From contig NVWK01000012.1 in the NCBI GenBank assembly GCA_002733605.1, positions 16,506 through 80,505 of the forward strand: DNA of 64,000 bases, given 5' to 3'. Shown one piece after another: positions 60,473-64,000 of this stretch. Below the pieces are notes generated by a model, which was given only the letters and a program-made list of their open reading frames with translations, made no database searches and was not told where the DNA came from. This stretch comes from Robiginitomaculum sp. GTDB lineage: Bacteria; Pseudomonadota; Alphaproteobacteria; Caulobacterales; Maricaulaceae. The position numbers and the translations under genes are program-made. Within the stretch, counting starts at the first letter, position 1; every line of letters begins with the position of its first letter.

Positions 60473-63298
60473 TTATTTTTGGGGTAAAATCTGTATTCTA
60501 TAGGCCAGTTCAGTGCGGAATATCTGTGCGGCAAGTGGCTTTAAATCATCGAGTGTCATATTTTGGTACGTTTCCTCACGGGTACGGAACGCATCAATAC
60601 CCCAGCTATCGGTTTGTGCGTGACCAATAACCCCCATCCAGTAACCATTGCTTTCAAGCGTACTATCCATATTTTCCAATACGGGTTGAATTGCGCGCTT
60701 GAATTCGTCGTCACTGATGTTTCCGGTTTGGAAATCGGCAGCAATTTCGTCCAGTTTCTTGATCATGGCAGGGACTTTTTCAGGCTCAAGTCCTAAAGAG
60801 GCCGACATATATCCATAGTCCTTATAAATACGAGATCCTGACCGTCCGGCAGACGGAGAATAGGCCGCCGCCTCGTCTTCGCGGATAATATCGGTCAGCC
60901 GGTTGGAAAACAGCGAGCGCAGGATGCTGAGACGACGATTGCGGATCACATCCGTACCGTCCGGTGCAGGCCAGGAGACTCTCAATAAAGCTCTATTCTC
61001 GTCACCGGAATGGCTTAAAGTTACAGGCTTGGCGCGTCCATCGGGGAAAAACAGCTTCGTCATTTCGGGGTAGGATTTGTGCCCCAGTTTCCGTTTGGGT
61101 AAGGCTCCGAATGTGCGGGCAATTTGCTTGATGATGATGTCTTTATCTATATCTCCAACGACCACAATTTCGATTTGGCCGTCTTTTAATTGTGGGGCTA
61201 TCCAGGCTTTGACGTCCGCAATACTGGCGTTCAGCAAATCGGCTTCTCCGGGAATGCCGTAGCGGGGGTCGCCCGAGTGCAAAAGCCGCCCAACATCACG
61301 GCTCGCCACACCACCGGGTGTTGAATCGAGGGTCGGGTACCAACTTTCAACCGATTTATCATAACGGGCCTTGGATTCAGGCCGGTATCCGGGAGCAATC
61401 AATTGCGCCATAAGCAGGTTAAACTCAGCCTCCAAATCCGACGGCACTGTTGCCCCGCTAATCGTAAAGGCCCTCGTCCCAAGGCCGAAACCAGCACTGA
61501 CGGCTTTCCCTGCCATAAGATGACTAATATCGTCATTGCTGTGGGCCTCGAACCCGCCTGCGCCCATCACAGAGGCCGCAAGTGAACCTAGTGCGAAATC
61601 TTTTCGGGGCGCGGACAGGCGTCCATCTCCAACACTGACAGAAATTTGGATCGTATCTTTCGCAAAGTCAGTCTTTTTGAAGTTGAGGAGCACATTGTTT
61701 TCGAACTTGATCAAATATGCGTCCACATCCTCGATATGCCGCTCGCTAAGCACTTTTCCGGGCGTGCCAAAATCCGTATAGGCAAAGACGCCGAGGTCTT
61801 TGCTCTCATCGGCGACCACATCGACAGCAAGGCTGGCTTCATAGGCTTTACGAATTTCATCTTCGGGGTTGTCCAGAATTTCACTGGTTTTCAAATATAG
61901 GATCGGCGCATCCAATGCGGACCATTGCTCTTTAAACCGCTTCCAGACATCTTCGATGGTAATATCATCGGCATATACATCATAACGCGCAAGGCTTGTC
62001 TTGGGGTGGGTATAGACGCCTTCATTGGCAAAACGCCCCAATATACCGCCTGCGAGTCCGTTGGTGCGGCGGGTGTCGGCGGTTTGAATAGAAACTTCCA
62101 TGCTCTTACGGCTATTGGCCAATTGCTCGTCCAATTCGGCTTGGGTGAACCCGTATTGTAGGGCTTTGCGAAGCTCTTGCTCGCCGACAGCGAGGGCCTT
62201 ACGCCAGTTTTCAGGGCGGCTTGTCACAGATAAGCTCATTGTATCGGAAGTTTGGTAAGAGGAAGAGCTTCCAACTCCGGCACCGATAAAGACCGCGTCC
62301 GCTTTACGGGCCAATGTCGCAAACCGGCGGTTTAATATCCGGTTGCCCAGCCCTTCGATAAAGCCGTCTTTACGGTTTTGTACCGTATCGTCAAAATGGG
62401 TATAGGGTTTCAGGGTCGCCAAACTAATAGAGGTCTGTATTTCAGGATCAATAAAATACCCGATATCCATGCCCCGCACAGGGGTTTTCCCGGCGTCAAG
62501 TTGTGCCCCTGCCTCACCAACGGCCTGCCAATCGGCAAAATATTCTGCAATTTTTGCCGCTGCATAGCCGGTTTCCACATCACCAACCAGAACAATGAAT
62601 GTGTTCTCGGGGCGATAATAGGCATGGTAATAAGCCCTAAAATCATCCGCATTCATGCTATCAAGGGTCTCATCCGTTCCAATCGGCAATCTGTCGATAA
62701 GGCGGCTCCCTTCGGTCATGAACTCAAAACCGGCCAGCCCTGCACGAGCCCCGGGGCTGTCTTGGCGGCGTTTTTCGGACTTTACAACACCGCGTTCGCG
62801 ATCAATCGCGCCTTGATCCAAGCTCAGGTTTTCAACCGTCTCGCGCATAATCATCAAGGTTTCGTCAAACAACTCCTCGGTTATATCCGGTAAGTTCAGC
62901 GTATACACCGTTTGATCAAAACTGGTGTAGGCATTTGTATCGGCCCCAAAGGACAGACCATGCCGTTCCAAGCGCTTGACCATTTCCCCTTCGGGAATAT
63001 TTTTCGAGCCATTAAACGCCATATGTTCAAGGAAATGGGCGATACCACGTTGCGCATCGGTTTCGTTTAAAGAGCCCGTCGCGATACGCACTCGCAAAGC
63101 CGCCGTCTTGGTTGGTGTATCATTGTGCATAACCGCAAAGCGCAGCCCGTTCGGCAATTTTCCGTATACGACCGCCGAATCGACTTGCAGATCACTGGCT
63201 TGATGGGCGAAATCTACAGGTGTATCTGCTACTTTGGGCGCACAGCCCCAAAGTAGAAAAACCGTGATAGCCGTTGCTGAAATAAGTCTGAGTGTCAT
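60473..63298 (-). CDS. M16-family zinc protease (pitrilysin/insulinase-like, two-unit fused form), lipoprotein
   Basis: HFLEHMAFNGS (HxxEH) zinc motif. About 940 aa with duplicated M16 halves. Lipobox LLWGC. ATG 63298 is preceded by GGGGA. Confidence 0.9.
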   Translation of the reverse strand: MTLRLISATAITVFLLWGCAPKVADTPVDFAHQASDLQVDSAVVYGKLPNGLRFAVMHNDTPTKTAALRVRIATGSLNETDAQRGIAHFLEHMAFNGSKNIPEGEMVKRLERHGLSFGADTNAYTSFDQTVYTLNLPDITEELFDETLMIMRETVENLSLDQGAIDRERGVVKSEKRRQDSPGARAGLAGFEFMTEGSRLIDRLPIGTDETLDSMNADDFRAYYHAYYRPENTFIVLVGDVETGYAAAKIAEYFADWQAVGEAGAQLDAGKTPVRGMDIGYFIDPEIQTSISLATLKPYTHFDDTVQNRKDGFIEGLGNRILNRRFATLARKADAVFIGAGVGSSSSYQTSDTMSLSVTSRPENWRKALAVGEQELRKALQYGFTQAELDEQLANSRKSMEVSIQTADTRRTNGLAGGILGRFANEGVYTHPKTSLARYDVYADDITIEDVWKRFKEQWSALDAPILYLKTSEILDNPEDEIRKAYEASLAVDVVADESKDLGVFAYTDFGTPGKVLSERHIEDVDAYLIKFENNVLLNFKKTDFAKDTIQISVSVGDGRLSAPRKDFALGSLAASVMGAGGFEAHSNDDISHLMAGKAVSAGFGLGTRAFTISGATVPSDLEAEFNLLMAQLIAPGYRPESKARYDKSVESWYPTLDSTPGGVASRDVGRLLHSGDPRYGIPGEADLLNASIADVKAWIAPQLKDGQIEIVVVGDIDKDIIIKQIARTFGALPKRKLGHKSYPEMTKLFFPDGRAKPVTLSHSGDENRALLRVSWPAPDGTDVIRNRRLSILRSLFSNRLTDIIREDEAAAYSPSAGRSGSRIYKDYGYMSASLGLEPEKVPAMIKKLDEIAADFQTGNISDDEFKRAIQPVLENMDSTLESNGYWMGVIGHAQTDSWGIDAFRTREETYQNMTLDDLKPLAAQIFRTELAYRIQILPQK

Positions 63299-63375
63299 TA
63301 GGTTCCCCAATATCGAAATACACCTGTTCATGAATATACAGAATTTACACTATAAACGCGATTCGCAAGTTAAAT

Positions 63376-64000
63376 CTAATCCAGATTTAACAACGCCGGA
63401 TCACCACCTTGTGCGGAGATGTTGACCGTGAGGGTATGTTCTGATGCGAAGCGTGGCAAATAATGTGGGCCACCGGCCTTTGGCCCTGTCCCGGATAGGC
63501 CTACGCCGCCAAAAGGTTGCACTCCGACCACCGCGCCAATCATATTGCGGTTCACATAACAATTTCCGGCGGGTACCAGCCTGCGAATTTCATCGGCAAA
63601 CCCGTCAATACGGGTATGGATGCCAAGGGTCAGTCCATAGCCCTTGGCGGCAAAATCTGCGACCAGTTTAGGAAGCTGCTTCGCCTTATAGCGGATCACA
63701 TGCAATATAGGACCGAAGACTTCCTTCTCCAGACAATCCAGAGAGCCAAGCTCTATCAGGGTCGGGGCAATGAAAGACCCTGTTTTGGGGACAGAGCAGG
63801 TTTTCAGGATTTTCTCATCCTTTTTCATACGCGCAATATGGGCACGTAATTCAACCTTTGCATTTGCATCGATCACCGGACCGACATCGGTTTCACTTTG
63901 CGCCGGGTCTCCGATGGCCAACTCATCCATTGCGCCCATTAAACAGTCCAGGATATCGTCTGCGGTTTCTGTGGGTAGGAACAAAACGCGTAGAGCCGAA
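63376..64000 (-). CDS. putA: C-terminal part of an aldehyde dehydrogenase domain, likely bifunctional PutA (partial, continues beyond the window)
   Basis: ALDH C-terminal pattern (EVFGPILHV..., NRNMIGAVVGVQPFGGVGLSGTGPKAGGPHYL). The frame remains open to position 64000. Confidence 0.8.
   Translation of the reverse strand, partial: SALRVLFLPTETADDILDCLMGAMDELAIGDPAQSETDVGPVIDANAKVELRAHIARMKKDEKILKTCSVPKTGSFIAPTLIELGSLDCLEKEVFGPILHVIRYKAKQLPKLVADFAAKGYGLTLGIHTRIDGFADEIRRLVPAGNCYVNRNMIGAVVGVQPFGGVGLSGTGPKAGGPHYLPRFASEHTLTVNISAQGGDPALLNLD

Overview
This 64 kb window looks like core chromosome from an alphaproteobacterium. I infer this from gene content and synteny (ybgC/tolQRAB-pal-cpoB-tilS-ftsH, zapA-6S RNA-5-FCL, an alpha-type flagellar cluster) and did not run any search. 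I saw no rRNA, tRNA, CRISPR array, transposase or integrase. Gene order, left to right:

- **0.3-12.7 kb:** flagellar cluster (motB, flgE-flgK-flgL-flgI; fliF-fliH-fliN-fliP-fliG on the minus strand; fliL plus two accessory ORFs).
- **12.8-17.0 kb:** mixed genes: a lipoprotein AHL-lactonase-like MBL hydrolase, trhO, GST, TfoX, MAPEG, HIT and GIY-YIG.
- **17.0-18.1 kb:** the only clearly accessory patch. It holds REP-like hairpins, a 60-bp tandem repeat, and an AT-rich 168-aa ORF flanked by two copies of the thiC 3' end.
- **18.0-20.9 kb:** a TPP riboswitch upstream of a secreted MBL-fold hydrolase and thiC.
- **20.9-40.3 kb:** housekeeping genes (purA, serA/serC, glnK-amtB-porin, two DMT transporters, folP-thiD, ftsH).
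- **40.4-50.2 kb:** tilS, the Tol-Pal cluster and ruvCAB.
- **50.3-52.9 kb:** a four-gene operon, DUF2282 Cys-containing secreted precursor, DUF692 (MNIO), DUF2063, DoxX. This is the bufferin-type RiPP metallophore architecture and is the most interesting system here.
- **53-64 kb:** yebC, ymdB, 5-FCL, a probable 6S RNA, zapA, gap-pgk, an FKBP isomerase, an M16 protease and a partial putA.

All calls rest on reading the translations and DNA by eye. No database search was run.
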